Below are positions 1-9,100 of a DNA stretch of 40,696 nucleotides, one piece after another; the first letter of the stretch is position 1, and every line of letters begins with the position of its first letter. A program made the position numbers and the translations under genes. The stretch is taken from positions 1 through 40,696 of IMG/VR virus record IMGVR_UViG_3300048849_000064; one strand, written 5' to 3'. Source of the DNA: a virus (Duplodnaviria; Caudoviricetes). Under the pieces are notes generated by a model that had not been told where the DNA came from, did not search any database, and was given only the letters and a program-made list of their open reading frames with translations.

Positions 1-1
1 G

Positions 2-127
2 ACGCTCGACGAGATCGGCAAGGTCTACGGCGTGACGCGCGAGCGGATCCGCCAGATCGAGTCCAAGACCATGAGCAAGCTGCGCCACCCGTCGCGCTCG
101 CAGGTCCTGCGCGACTACCTGGACTGA
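2..127 (+). CDS. sigA: Primary sigma-70 factor (SigA/HrdB/RpoD), 3' end only (region 4.2)
   Basis: Frame 2 reads [41 protein letters not shown], the conserved actinobacterial principal sigma C-terminus; TGA at 125-127. Confidence 0.95.
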   Translation, partial: TLDEIGKVYGVTRERIRQIESKTMSKLRHPSRSQVLRDYLD

Positions 128-128
128 G
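108..128 (+). repeat. attL of element 1 (TGCGCGACTACCTGGACTGAG)
   Basis: 20/21 identical to 15850-15870; overlaps the sigA stop codon; close to a tyrosine integrase gene. Confidence 0.9.
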
Positions 129-130
129 GT

Positions 131-190
131 TCGTTGCTCACGAGTCGGGAATCCTCTGCAAAGTCAGTGGATTCCCGACTTCGTGAACGA
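131..190 (+). terminator. Long hairpin just inside attL, likely element-supplied sigA terminator
   Basis: AGTCGGGAATCC (143-154) pairs with GGATTCCCGACT (169-180), extended by TCACG/CGTGA and TCGTT/AACGA. Confidence 0.6.
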
Positions 191-235
191 CACGCTATCA
201 CCGCATAGCGTTCGTAGTCCAGATATCGATAGACT

Positions 236-445
236 GTGAGCGTGTCGGACGAGTCGAAGATCCCTTTCGGGACTGTGCGCGCAATCTTGACTTTGGTTGC
301 TATTGCGCTGATTGCCGCGTGGCTGGTCCCCATCGCAAGCGACGGGTTGACGTCCGGTTCTGTGCTCGGCGTCACAAGCATGTGCCTCCTTCTACTGTCC
401 CAGTTCTTGGGTTGGCGACACGACGTTCGCGGGTCTCGCACTTGA
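236..445 (+). CDS. Small two-TM membrane protein
   Basis: Two hydrophobic stretches; stop overlaps the integrase TTG (TTGA). Confidence 0.5.
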   Translation: MSVSDESKIPFGTVRAILTLVAIALIAAWLVPIASDGLTSGSVLGVTSMCLLLLSQFLGWRHDVRGSRT

Positions 446-1335
446 CGCCCGCGGACATCGTTCTGTTGCTGGGATCCTGGGAGCTCTCACTGCGCGCTGA
501 GCGCAAGAGTCCGCAGACACTCAAGGCCTATGGCGACGGTGTCCGCGCCTATTTGAAGTGGGCTGAGGCCGCAGGGCTCGAGGCCAACTTGAGCCGCGCC
601 CAGGTCCGTGGTTTCGTCGACACGCTGCTGACGAACGGCGCCGCAGCCTCGACCGCCCGGTCACGCCAGCTTGCTGTTCGCCGCTTCTCCGCCTGGCTCG
701 CCGAAGAGGGCGAGATCGACGTCGACGTCCTGGTGGGCATGAAACCGCCCAAGATCGACCAGACCGTCGTCGAGCCGCTGGAGTCCGCTCAGCTCAAGGC
801 CCTCGTCAAGGCCTGCGCCGGCCCCGACATGCGCGACAAGCGGGACGAGGCCATCATTCGGCTGATGCTCGAGACCGGCGCCAGAGCAGGCGAGACCGCG
901 GCCATCCAGATGTCAGACGTCGACCTCACCAAGGGCGTCATCGTCATCCGCCGCGGCAAAGGAGGCAAGGGACGTACCGTTCCTGTCGGCCCCGAGATCG
1001 CCAAGGCCATCGACCGCTACATCCGGGCCCGACGTACACACCGCTTGGCCGCAAGCGACGACCTGTGGCTGGGGGACCGGGGCAAGAAGTTCGGATACGA
1101 CGCCCTCCACAAGACGCTCGCTATGAGGGCTGCGCGAGCCGGCATCGAAGGCTTCCATCCCCACCGTCTCAGACACACTGCTGCCCACCGGTGGCTCGCG
1201 GCGGGCGGGTCTGAAGGCGGCCTGATGGCAGTGGCCGGCTGGACCCGCCCCGACATGCTGATGCGCTATACGCGGGCACAAGCGTCAGACCGCGCCGCCG
1301 AAGAGTCGAAGCGATTGAACCTGGGGGACCTGTGA
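442..1335 (+). CDS. int: Tyrosine recombinase/integrase (XerC/D-like)
   Basis: TGAR, RGKGGK, HRLRH, AGW and RY catalytic motifs; start probably TTG at 442 (MTPADIVLLLGSW), the upstream part of the 319 ORF does not look coding. Confidence 0.93.
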   Translation: MTPADIVLLLGSWELSLRAERKSPQTLKAYGDGVRAYLKWAEAAGLEANLSRAQVRGFVDTLLTNGAAASTARSRQLAVRRFSAWLAEEGEIDVDVLVGMKPPKIDQTVVEPLESAQLKALVKACAGPDMRDKRDEAIIRLMLETGARAGETAAIQMSDVDLTKGVIVIRRGKGGKGRTVPVGPEIAKAIDRYIRARRTHRLAASDDLWLGDRGKKFGYDALHKTLAMRAARAGIEGFHPHRLRHTAAHRWLAAGGSEGGLMAVAGWTRPDMLMRYTRAQASDRAAEESKRLNLGDL

Positions 1336-1787
1336 CGTTGCCCGACGCCGAAGCGCTTTACATCGCATTGATCGGCGATCCGAAGAGGCTTAAAACACTT
1401 CGACGCCTCCAGTACCGCTGTTCAAGGGACGATCGTTGCTTACTGCTGGACGCTGTCGCGATTGGCGACACGGTGCTGCTGCACCAGAAGCGTTTCAAGA
1501 ATTCGCCGGAGGTCAACGTGAGACGTAGCAGCGAGTCCGGCCGTGCCGCGAACACCTTCGACGGCAGGAACCACTGGAAACCGCGCACCTACTACATTGC
1601 CTCGTCGGCCCTGAACTATCCCGACGAAAACCCGCCCCCGCGGCAGTCGATCCAGTGCGATCATGTTGGTGTCACGGGTGCTGGGGATGATGTCTGCCTC
1701 ACAGCTGCCGACTTCCAAGGCGACTGGACGGCGGGGCACGCCGAGGTCGTTGTTCGGGCTGATGGCACGCGCTATGCGGTACGCTAG
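1332..1787 (+). CDS. Hypothetical protein coupled to integrase
   Basis: GTGA overlap with the integrase stop; 151 aa with several Cys/His. Confidence 0.6.
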   Translation: MTLPDAEALYIALIGDPKRLKTLRRLQYRCSRDDRCLLLDAVAIGDTVLLHQKRFKNSPEVNVRRSSESGRAANTFDGRNHWKPRTYYIASSALNYPDENPPPRQSIQCDHVGVTGAGDDVCLTAADFQGDWTAGHAEVVVRADGTRYAVR

Positions 1788-1873
1788 GAGCACAACGCAA
1801 GGTCCGTAATGGGACCCGCCATGGAACTGGCGAATCGGGTTGAAGCACACCCGAAGTTCGACAGGACAGTTCC

Positions 1874-2158
1874 ATGTTCGATGCAGAACGAAGTCTGCAA
1901 GCTTCTGTAGCCGCTCACACCTCTTGGGGGCTGACAGAAAACCGATCGGCCCGCACCGCACCGGCACGACAGGCACTCGACGCGAAGTTCCTCGCGGAAG
2001 CGGACGGGGACGCGATACGTGCCGAAAGCCTGCGCAAGGCCTACTACAAGCGTCTCGCGCTGAAGTCGGCCCAGTCTCGCAGACGCGCTAAAGAGTGCAT
2101 AGCCGCCGCTGAGGCTGCTGAGGCCGAGCTCCAGGCCGCTGGCGGTGACGCCGCGTGA
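1874..2158 (+). CDS. Hypothetical protein of a type seen in actinobacterial integrative elements (AAHTSW..T..RSART motif)
   Basis: First gene of a chain of coupled ORFs leading to Rep. Confidence 0.7.
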   Translation: MFDAERSLQASVAAHTSWGLTENRSARTAPARQALDAKFLAEADGDAIRAESLRKAYYKRLALKSAQSRRRAKECIAAAEAAEAELQAAGGDAA

Positions 2159-2565
2159 CCTACGCAAACGAACGTCGCCCCGCGGGCGACCACGAGGCGA
2201 CAGAGACGTTTGGCGGCGTCAATGCAAGTATCTCATCGATCACCGACAGACGTCGGATGTCTGATGATGCCATCGAGTCAAACCATTCTGACTATCACGA
2301 TCCGCATCACTTCTTCGCCGCTTGGGGAGCAGCCACAGCTCGTTACTGGATCCGCCGCGCCGAAATGCTCGAGCGTGCGCGTCCCGTGCCGGGAGAGTTT
2401 CACGGTCTGGCGACACACGAGCAGCTTTCTGAGCAGTGGCGCCGGCTGACGGCCAAGGCTGAGGCTTGTCGTCACCGCGCTGAAATCGCTAAACGCTACG
2501 GCGCGACACCAGCCGACCGAGCACTCATTGTCGACGTCGCCAGTGCGTTGGTGGTCGCCGGATGA
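2155..2565 (+). CDS. Hypothetical protein
   Basis: GTGA and ATGA overlaps with both neighbours. Confidence 0.6.
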   Translation: MTYANERRPAGDHEATETFGGVNASISSITDRRRMSDDAIESNHSDYHDPHHFFAAWGAATARYWIRRAEMLERARPVPGEFHGLATHEQLSEQWRRLTAKAEACRHRAEIAKRYGATPADRALIVDVASALVVAG

Positions 2566-2792
2566 ACCGCTCACGACCATGGATCTCCGTGGCGATCGAC
2601 CCGATTAACCATGCCGGTTTCGTCGGGGGATATAAGAGCCGCGAGTACGTCGAAAGGTGCGGGGGGCGGCCGATCTGGTCACGACGGCGGAAGGCGTGGG
2701 CAACTTCTGAGCAGGCCGCAACGGATGTCCTCGCAATGGCCGAGGATGACGGTCTCGCTGTCCGGTACGAACGCATCGGCGCTGATTCATGA
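2562..2792 (+). CDS. Hypothetical protein
   Basis: ATGA overlaps at both ends. Confidence 0.65.
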   Translation: MNRSRPWISVAIDPINHAGFVGGYKSREYVERCGGRPIWSRRRKAWATSEQAATDVLAMAEDDGLAVRYERIGADS

Positions 2793-3853
2793 GTGCCGAG
2801 CTCGAGCCTTGGGGCGACTTCGACGAGCCCGAGGCGTTCACTCGCTCGTGGCAGCCCGTAGACCTCGCTGCGGTGTTGGACGGGTCGTGGACGCCCCCTG
2901 AAGCCGTCATCGGCAAACGAGCGGATGGTGTCGGCCTGTTCTACGCCGGCAAGGTCCACACGATCGCGAGTGAGTCTGAGGCCGGCAAAACGTGGCTGAT
3001 GCTTTCGGCGTGCATTGACGAGCTGCTGGCCGGGAAGCACGTCGTCTATCTCGACTTCGAGGACGACGAGGGTGGCCTCGTGCGGCGACTCCTAGGGCTC
3101 CAGTGCCGCCCCGAGGTCATCCGGGAACGGTTCCACTACGTGAAGCCTTCGATGGCTCTCGGCACCGGCATCAACGCGGACGATCTGCGCGGAGTGATGG
3201 CTACCTACAAGCCATCCCTCACTGTCATCGACGGCGTCACCGAGGCGATGACGATGCACGGGATGGACCCGCTGAGCAATAAGGACATCGCGACGTTCGG
3301 GCGGATGCTTCCGCGCTCCCTGGCAGCGTTCGGCACGGCGGTTGTCTGCCTCGATCACGTCGTTAAGAGCGGCGAGAACCGCGGTCGATACGCCCTCGGT
3401 GGCGTACACAAGCTCAACGGTCTCGACGGCGCTGCATTCGTGCTCCAGAACAAAAAGCCGTTCGGCATCGGACTGACCGGCGTCAGCACGATCTTCATCG
3501 CGAAGGACCGTCCGGGTCAGTTGCGCAAGAACGGCCTGCCGAGTCGCGAGGGCATGTTCTGGTTCGGTGACCTGAAGCTGACGAGCCACGGTGAGGACTT
3601 CCTGGAGGTCGAGGTCATCGCTCCAGAGCAGCGCGAGGAAGGTGGCGAGTTCCGGCCGACCGTTCTTATGGGTCTGATCTGCGCAGCCCTCGAGAAGCAT
3701 GGACCGCTCTCGGCGGCCAAGATCGAGGCTGTCGTCAGGGGCAAGGCAGTGACGATCAGGCAGGCACGCAACCTCTTGCAGATCGAAGGTTTCGTCTCAG
3801 ACGGGACCCCGCACGCGCTACTCAAGCCCTGGGCGGACGGAGGTTCGAAATGA
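2789..3853 (+). CDS. RepA-like AAA_25 (RecA-fold) helicase/replication protein with probable C-terminal wHTH
   Basis: Walker A SESEAGKT, YLDFED, Walker B TVIDGV, CLDH motif; followed by iterons. Confidence 0.85.
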   Translation: MSAELEPWGDFDEPEAFTRSWQPVDLAAVLDGSWTPPEAVIGKRADGVGLFYAGKVHTIASESEAGKTWLMLSACIDELLAGKHVVYLDFEDDEGGLVRRLLGLQCRPEVIRERFHYVKPSMALGTGINADDLRGVMATYKPSLTVIDGVTEAMTMHGMDPLSNKDIATFGRMLPRSLAAFGTAVVCLDHVVKSGENRGRYALGGVHKLNGLDGAAFVLQNKKPFGIGLTGVSTIFIAKDRPGQLRKNGLPSREGMFWFGDLKLTSHGEDFLEVEVIAPEQREEGGEFRPTVLMGLICAALEKHGPLSAAKIEAVVRGKAVTIRQARNLLQIEGFVSDGTPHALLKPWADGGSK

Positions 3854-3859
3854 ATGTCT

Positions 3860-4002
3860 CTCGTTCCCTCGTCCCTACCTCGTCCCGCCTCGTCCCGGAC
3901 TAGACCCTAAGTACCTCGTCCCTCGTCCCCCTCCCTAAGGGGGGACGAGGACGAGGACGTAGGACGGGGTCAAAGAAGGTTGGCAACCTCGTCCCTCGTC
4001 CC
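3860..4002. repeat. Iteron array, putative replication origin of element 1
   Basis: CCTCGTCCC at 3867, 3878, 3888, 3914, 3921, 3987 and 3994; inverted copies GGGACGAGG/GGACGAGG at 3942-3956; centre CCCTAAGGG at 3933-3941. Confidence 0.8.
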
Positions 4003-4115
4003 GATGCTTGCAATAGGTGTGGTTTGACGTCTGAAGAGTGTTCTCGCGGGGGAGAGCATCATCCATACGGCGACTGCTGCCGCCGCTGCAAGCACTGGCC
4101 GAAGTCGGTGGCAGC

Positions 4116-4385
4116 GTGAGTGCGCGCCTCGTTGCTCTCGACAGGCTGACGTCTGCGATCTATCAGCTTCGGGTCGGCGGGGAGTACGTGCCCTGCGTCG
4201 ACGTGGAGCGCGGGCATTTGTGGCTGAGTGAGGACCGTGAACAGCAGGAGGCCGCCGTCCACGGTTGTCGCTCCTGTCCCGCACTGAATGTGTGCAAGGG
4301 GTACGTCGAGGCGTTTCCAGAAACGGCCGGAACATGGGGCGGCAAGACGATCGGCAAGGGTGCACTGCCGGAGGTGCTGCGATGA
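4116..4385 (+). CDS. WhiB-like Fe-S transcription factor
   Basis: VPC...CRSCPALNVC...GTWGG (four Cys plus a G-x-WGG turn); start GTG 4116 or 4038. Confidence 0.8.
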   Translation: MSARLVALDRLTSAIYQLRVGGEYVPCVDVERGHLWLSEDREQQEAAVHGCRSCPALNVCKGYVEAFPETAGTWGGKTIGKGALPEVLR

Positions 4386-4429
4386 GCAGCCTCACGACCG
4401 GTCATAACGGTCTCCGCGGGCACGCGCCG

Positions 4430-4636
4430 TCAAGCTGGACGAAGCGGGCCTTGGCCGTCCTCGTCGTCGTCTTTGCCCCAGTAACCGCGCATGTCGATGC
4501 CCTCATACTTTCCAACGCCGTACAAGATCGCGGCACCCAGAAAGATGTTCAGGCGTGCGTATCCGCCCCAGCGAAACATTGTGAGACAGAGAACGGCGAT
4601 CAGCATGCCCGCCCCGATCCGCACCAGCCATTTCAT
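4430..4636 (-). CDS. Small two-TM membrane protein, antisense to the replication operon
   Basis: Two hydrophobic helices followed by an acidic tail (DDDEDG). Confidence 0.5.
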   Translation of the reverse strand: MKWLVRIGAGMLIAVLCLTMFRWGGYARLNIFLGAAILYGVGKYEGIDMRGYWGKDDDEDGQGPLRPA

Positions 4637-4671
4637 GACCTGAGCCTAGAGCGGCGTGGGGTGCGCGCATC

Positions 4672-5076
4672 GTGAGTAGACATGTGCGCCGTTCGTATCT
4701 GCTGAGAGCTGATGAGCCCTACGTGATGGTGCCGGCTCGTATAGCCGCGCTCATCGAGTCCCGGACCAATATCAGCGGCCTGCGAGTTCAAGTCCGTGGT
4801 GTCGATCCGGAGGCCTCTGCCGTGCTCGAGGCCATCCGAGAAGCAGCGCTCATCTGGCCCGGTTTCCACCTGGAAACCGGGGACGACGTGGACCGACAAC
4901 CAGCGCCACGATCGAAGTGGTTGAGAACGGGACAGGTTGCCGAACACCTAGGGATCAGCCGGCAGGCGGTCGGGAAGGCCATCCGATCCGGTCGCCTGCC
5001 GGCCACCAAGACAGGCATCGGTTACCAGGTCAGCCGCGAAGACATGGAGCACTACCGAGCTGCACGAGCAGCGTGA
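4672..5076 (+). CDS. Excisionase-type HTH (HTH_17) DNA-binding protein
   Basis: C-terminal WLRTGQVAEHLGISRQAVGKAIRSGRLPATK. Confidence 0.85.
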   Translation: MSRHVRRSYLLRADEPYVMVPARIAALIESRTNISGLRVQVRGVDPEASAVLEAIREAALIWPGFHLETGDDVDRQPAPRSKWLRTGQVAEHLGISRQAVGKAIRSGRLPATKTGIGYQVSREDMEHYRAARAA

Positions 5077-5088
5077 GAGGGGACACCG

Positions 5089-5643
5089 ATGACACGAGTA
5101 ACGGACAGCATCAGTGCCGAGGCTGAGCGAGTGCGCGAGTCACTAGCCAGCCAAGCCAAAGAGATTCGTGAGAGCGAGGACCTGACGGCAGACGGCAAGG
5201 AGCGTCGCATCGCCGAGGCGCACGCCGACGCCACGACGCGGATGGACGCACTCAAGGATAAGTGGCGCGAAGAATCGAAGCAGTCCACGTCGGGAGCGAT
5301 GCGCAGCGCCTTCGGAAGCGGCTACTCCAGTGGCGCCGACGCCATCAGCATCCGTGACGCCGAGGACCGTGTCGCACAGCTCGAGACGGCATCCGAAGCG
5401 CGCGAGCTCTTCGAGCGTGCACAGCGCAACGGCGACACCGTGCTGAGCCGAGCCATCGGACTCGAGGCGATGCGTCGCAGCGAGGGCAACTTCTTCAATC
5501 ACCACTGGAAGCTGCTGCTCAACGACTACGCCGAAGCCAACCCGTCGACGGCCGGCTCCATCAAGGAGTTGGTGAACCCTTCGCCCGAGCAGGGCTTTCA
5601 GAACGCGATGACGTTCATGATGCCTCGAGCGAGCGAGCTCTGA
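5089..5643 (+). CDS. Hypothetical alpha-helical protein
   Basis: RBS GAGGGG; coding-like codon use; coiled-coil-like N-terminus. Confidence 0.75.
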   Translation: MTRVTDSISAEAERVRESLASQAKEIRESEDLTADGKERRIAEAHADATTRMDALKDKWREESKQSTSGAMRSAFGSGYSSGADAISIRDAEDRVAQLETASEARELFERAQRNGDTVLSRAIGLEAMRRSEGNFFNHHWKLLLNDYAEANPSTAGSIKELVNPSPEQGFQNAMTFMMPRASEL

Positions 5644-5896
5644 TGAACGCAGAAAAAGACGTCATAGATAGAGAGGCCCTAGCCCCGAAGGTCCACGACA
5701 TGGGGTGGGAGAGGGGTGTGATGGGCACCCTTCACGAGTCAGTCGGCAGCGATAACTCAGAGCGATGCCGGACAACTCGAAGCGTTCAGGAGGTGGGGAT
5801 CCCTTCCCTCCCCCACCCATTGCCACGGACCTACGGGGCTAGGGACAATCTCTCCCCGCACTTTTTTCCACCACGGGCATCGACCGGTCACCGCTC

Positions 5897-6166
5897 ATGA
5901 CGACCGCCTTCAACCCCTTCATCGTCGACGAGACCCTCGTTGCTGAGCGTCTGCTCGAAGCGTTTGACAACGACGACCCGCGCTTCGGCGACTACTTCGA
6001 AGCTGCTGATCGCGTCACTCTCGGTTCCCTCGTCCTGTACGCCACCCTCGCCATGCGTGACCTGGCAGAGCGCGACGGCACCGACCTACCCACAGTCCGC
6101 CGCGCTCTCCGAGCCCGGGTGACGGACGCAATCGTCACCACCGAACGCATCGGAGAATCAGCATGA
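5897..6166 (+). CDS. Hypothetical protein coupled to tape measure (possible tail-assembly chaperone)
   Basis: 89 aa acidic helical ORF with ATGA overlap to the TMP; function inferred from position only. Confidence 0.6.
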   Translation: MTTAFNPFIVDETLVAERLLEAFDNDDPRFGDYFEAADRVTLGSLVLYATLAMRDLAERDGTDLPTVRRALRARVTDAIVTTERIGESA

Positions 6167-9100
6167 CCTCAGATCGGTCCGTACTCGTCCGACTAAAGGG
6201 CGACGTCAATCCATTCATTCGAGAGTTCGCGAAAGCGCAGGCGTCAGTCAGGGCCTTCACGAACGAGCTCGACACCGCGAACGACCGCACGACGATGTTC
6301 ACGCAGTCGCTGCTCGCGGTCGCGCCCGCCGCCATCCCGATTGCTGCGTCGGCAACTCCCGCGATCGCAGGTTTGACCAATCAACTCGCGTTTGCCGCGG
6401 CCGGCGCAGGTGTCACGGCCTTGGCGTTCTCGGGCGTTGGTGACGCTCTAAAGGCTACGAACGACTACGCCATCGAACCGACCGACGCGAACCTCCAGAA
6501 GATGCGCCAGTCGCTCGCTGAGCTTGGTCCGGCTGGTCGTGAGTTCACGGCGTTCCTCCAGGAGATCCGCCCCGAGCTTCAGGGTTTGCAGGACATCTCG
6601 CAGGCGGGACTACTGCCCGGCGCGCAGGACGGCATCGAGGCGCTCATGTCGCGACTCCCGCAGTTCGAGGGCTTCGTCGGCAAGGTCTCGTCCACGATCG
6701 GCGGGTTGCTGGCCGAAGGTGGTGACAACCTCGCTGACCCGCGCTGGGATGAGTTCTTCTCGTTCCTCGAGAACGAGGCTCAGCCGACGCTTGAGGACAT
6801 GGGCCACACTCTCGGCAACTTCGTAGAGGGCTTCACCGACCTGTGGATGGCGTTCGATCCGCTGTCGGATCAGTTCAGCGACGGCTTCCTCCAGATGTCG
6901 CGGGACTTCGCAACGTGGGCCGATGGGCTCGACCAGACAGAGGGTTTCCAGGAGTTCCTGGACTATGTGAGTCGTGTCGGACCGAAGACATGGGACACGC
7001 TTGGTGCGCTCGCCAATTCGCTGTTGCAGGTCGTAGAAGCCGCGGCACCAGTCGGTGAAGTAGCGCTGCCGGCGATTGAGGCTGTGGCTGACTCTGTCGC
7101 GGCGATCGCCGACTCTGATGTTGGCTCCGCAGCAGTCGGCATCATTGCCCTGACGTCGGCGTACAGCCGTCTGATCGCGGTGTCGAAGACGGCGAACTCG
7201 TCGGCCCTGGGCGGGTTGTTCTCGCGGTCTGCCTACGCCGGCACCGCCACGGCATTGAAAGACCTACCTCGCGCCGTTCTCCAGTACGACGGAGCGGCGG
7301 CACGCGCTCAGGCCAGCGCAGGTCAATTGGCAGCGACAACGGGTCGCTTGGGCACTGCCTTGAGCGGAACGGCGAAGCTCGCTGGCGGCGCTGGCGGTCT
7401 CGCGTTCGTGATGTCCGATCTTGACGACAAGATGGGCCTGAGCAACACGGCTATGGGTGCCATGGCCGGAACGATGTTCGGCCCCTGGGGCACTGCAATC
7501 GGTGCAGGTGCCGGACTCGTGATGGACCTGACATCACAGGTCGATGGTGCTGCTGAGGCAGTCGATGCCTTCCAGCAGGCCTTTGACCAGGCGCCGGACC
7601 TCGACGCTCAAGAAGAAGTCATCAATGCCGTCCAGAAACAGATCGACGTCATGAAGTCCTCCGACCTCGGCTTCTTGGACGATGACATCGAGAAGCTGGA
7701 AGCCGGGCTCGCCCTTCTTCGAGAGCAGTTCCGAGGCGGGAGCCGCGATGCACAGGATCTCGCGTTCCGGGAAGACGGTCTCGGGTCGTCGATGGACAAG
7801 GCGTCTGATGCGACGCGCGAGAGCACCCGAGCGCTCGTCGACAACATCAACGCGCACAACTCGCTTGCCGACCGGCTGCTAGGAGAGCGTGGCGGCTACC
7901 GGGCTTATCAGCAGGCGATCGACGATGCCACCGACGCGGCAAAAGAGAACGGCGCGACGCTTGATGAGGGCACGCCGAAGGGTCGAGCGAATGCTGCGGC
8001 GCTTGACACCCTCGCCCAGTCCTGGAACAACCTTTCCCCAGCCCAGCAGAACGCCACGGACGCGGCAAAGGGTGCCCGCGAAGCGTTTATCGGCGTGGCT
8101 GTACAGATGGGCAAGACGCGGGGACAGGCAAAGACTCTCGCGGACCAGTACCTGGACATGCCGTCGCTGGTGTCGACCGACGTCAAGGCCCGTGGTCTGG
8201 CTCAGACGAAGGACGACATCCAGGCGATCATCAACACGCTGGATCGGCTGCCGAAGTCGAAGGACATCCACATCCGGACGTACAACGAGACCTACGGCAA
8301 GCCGTCCGGTGGGTCGCGTGAGAACGGCGCTGGTGCCAACACGGGCCTTCGGGTCCCGGCGGGCTACGCGGACGGCGGTCGTGTGCCTGGCACTCCGCCG
8401 TCAGATCCGACGATCGACAATATCTTCGCAGTCACCGCCAAGGGCAACCCGCTCATGCTCCGTTCTCGTGAGTGGATCATCAACGAGCCACAGTCGGACA
8501 AGAACGATCGTTGGCTGCGTGCGATCAACAACGGGCTCAACCTCGACGACGTCTTCGGCCGCGGCGCCATCCCGGGTTTCGCGGGCGGTGGGCGCTACGA
8601 CGACTACTCAGCCCTTGAGCACTCGTCCCGCTTGGAGATCGAACGGCAGAAGCTCCGCATCCGCGACATCGAGCAGTCGCTCAAGGAGCGCGAGACAGTC
8701 GGTAAGGGCAAGAACAAGCACCGTCGCGACGCCCTTCGTGGTCAGGAGCGCAAGGTTGCGCAGCTTGAGCTGAAGGAAGCGAAGGCCGACCTCGCGACGA
8801 TGCTGCGCGAGAACAAGCAACTGAAGAACTACGGCACCCCGGAGCAGGAGGAAGCCGCGCGTGACGCGGTCGAGGCTGCTGAGGAGATCGTTCGTGACGC
8901 GGCCGACAAGTTCACGTCTACGAAGTCATCGGCTGCGTCTCTGTTCGAGATCGGTTCGGCAACGTCCGCAGCGCAGGTCGACCGCAACCTGTCACGCCTG
9001 TTGGCGAACTCGCAGACGTTCCTCGGCCTTCTGGGTGACCTGAAGTCGAAGGGTGCTTCTCCATGGCTGCTGGGTGAGTTGGTGAAGGCTGGTCCGACTC

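Noticed and set aside
3860-4002. CCTCGTCCC repeats as CRISPR or a coding repeat
   Set aside because: 9-bp units in both orientations directly after rep fit iterons better
5780-5875. Direct sequence identity between the element-1 candidate packaging site and the prophage cos gap
   Set aside because: Only a short TCCCCG match is visible, too little to support shared terminase recognition
7889-8773. 294-aa alternative-frame ORF within the element-1 TMP
   Set aside because: Arg/Ser/Thr-rich off-frame product expected from GC3 bias
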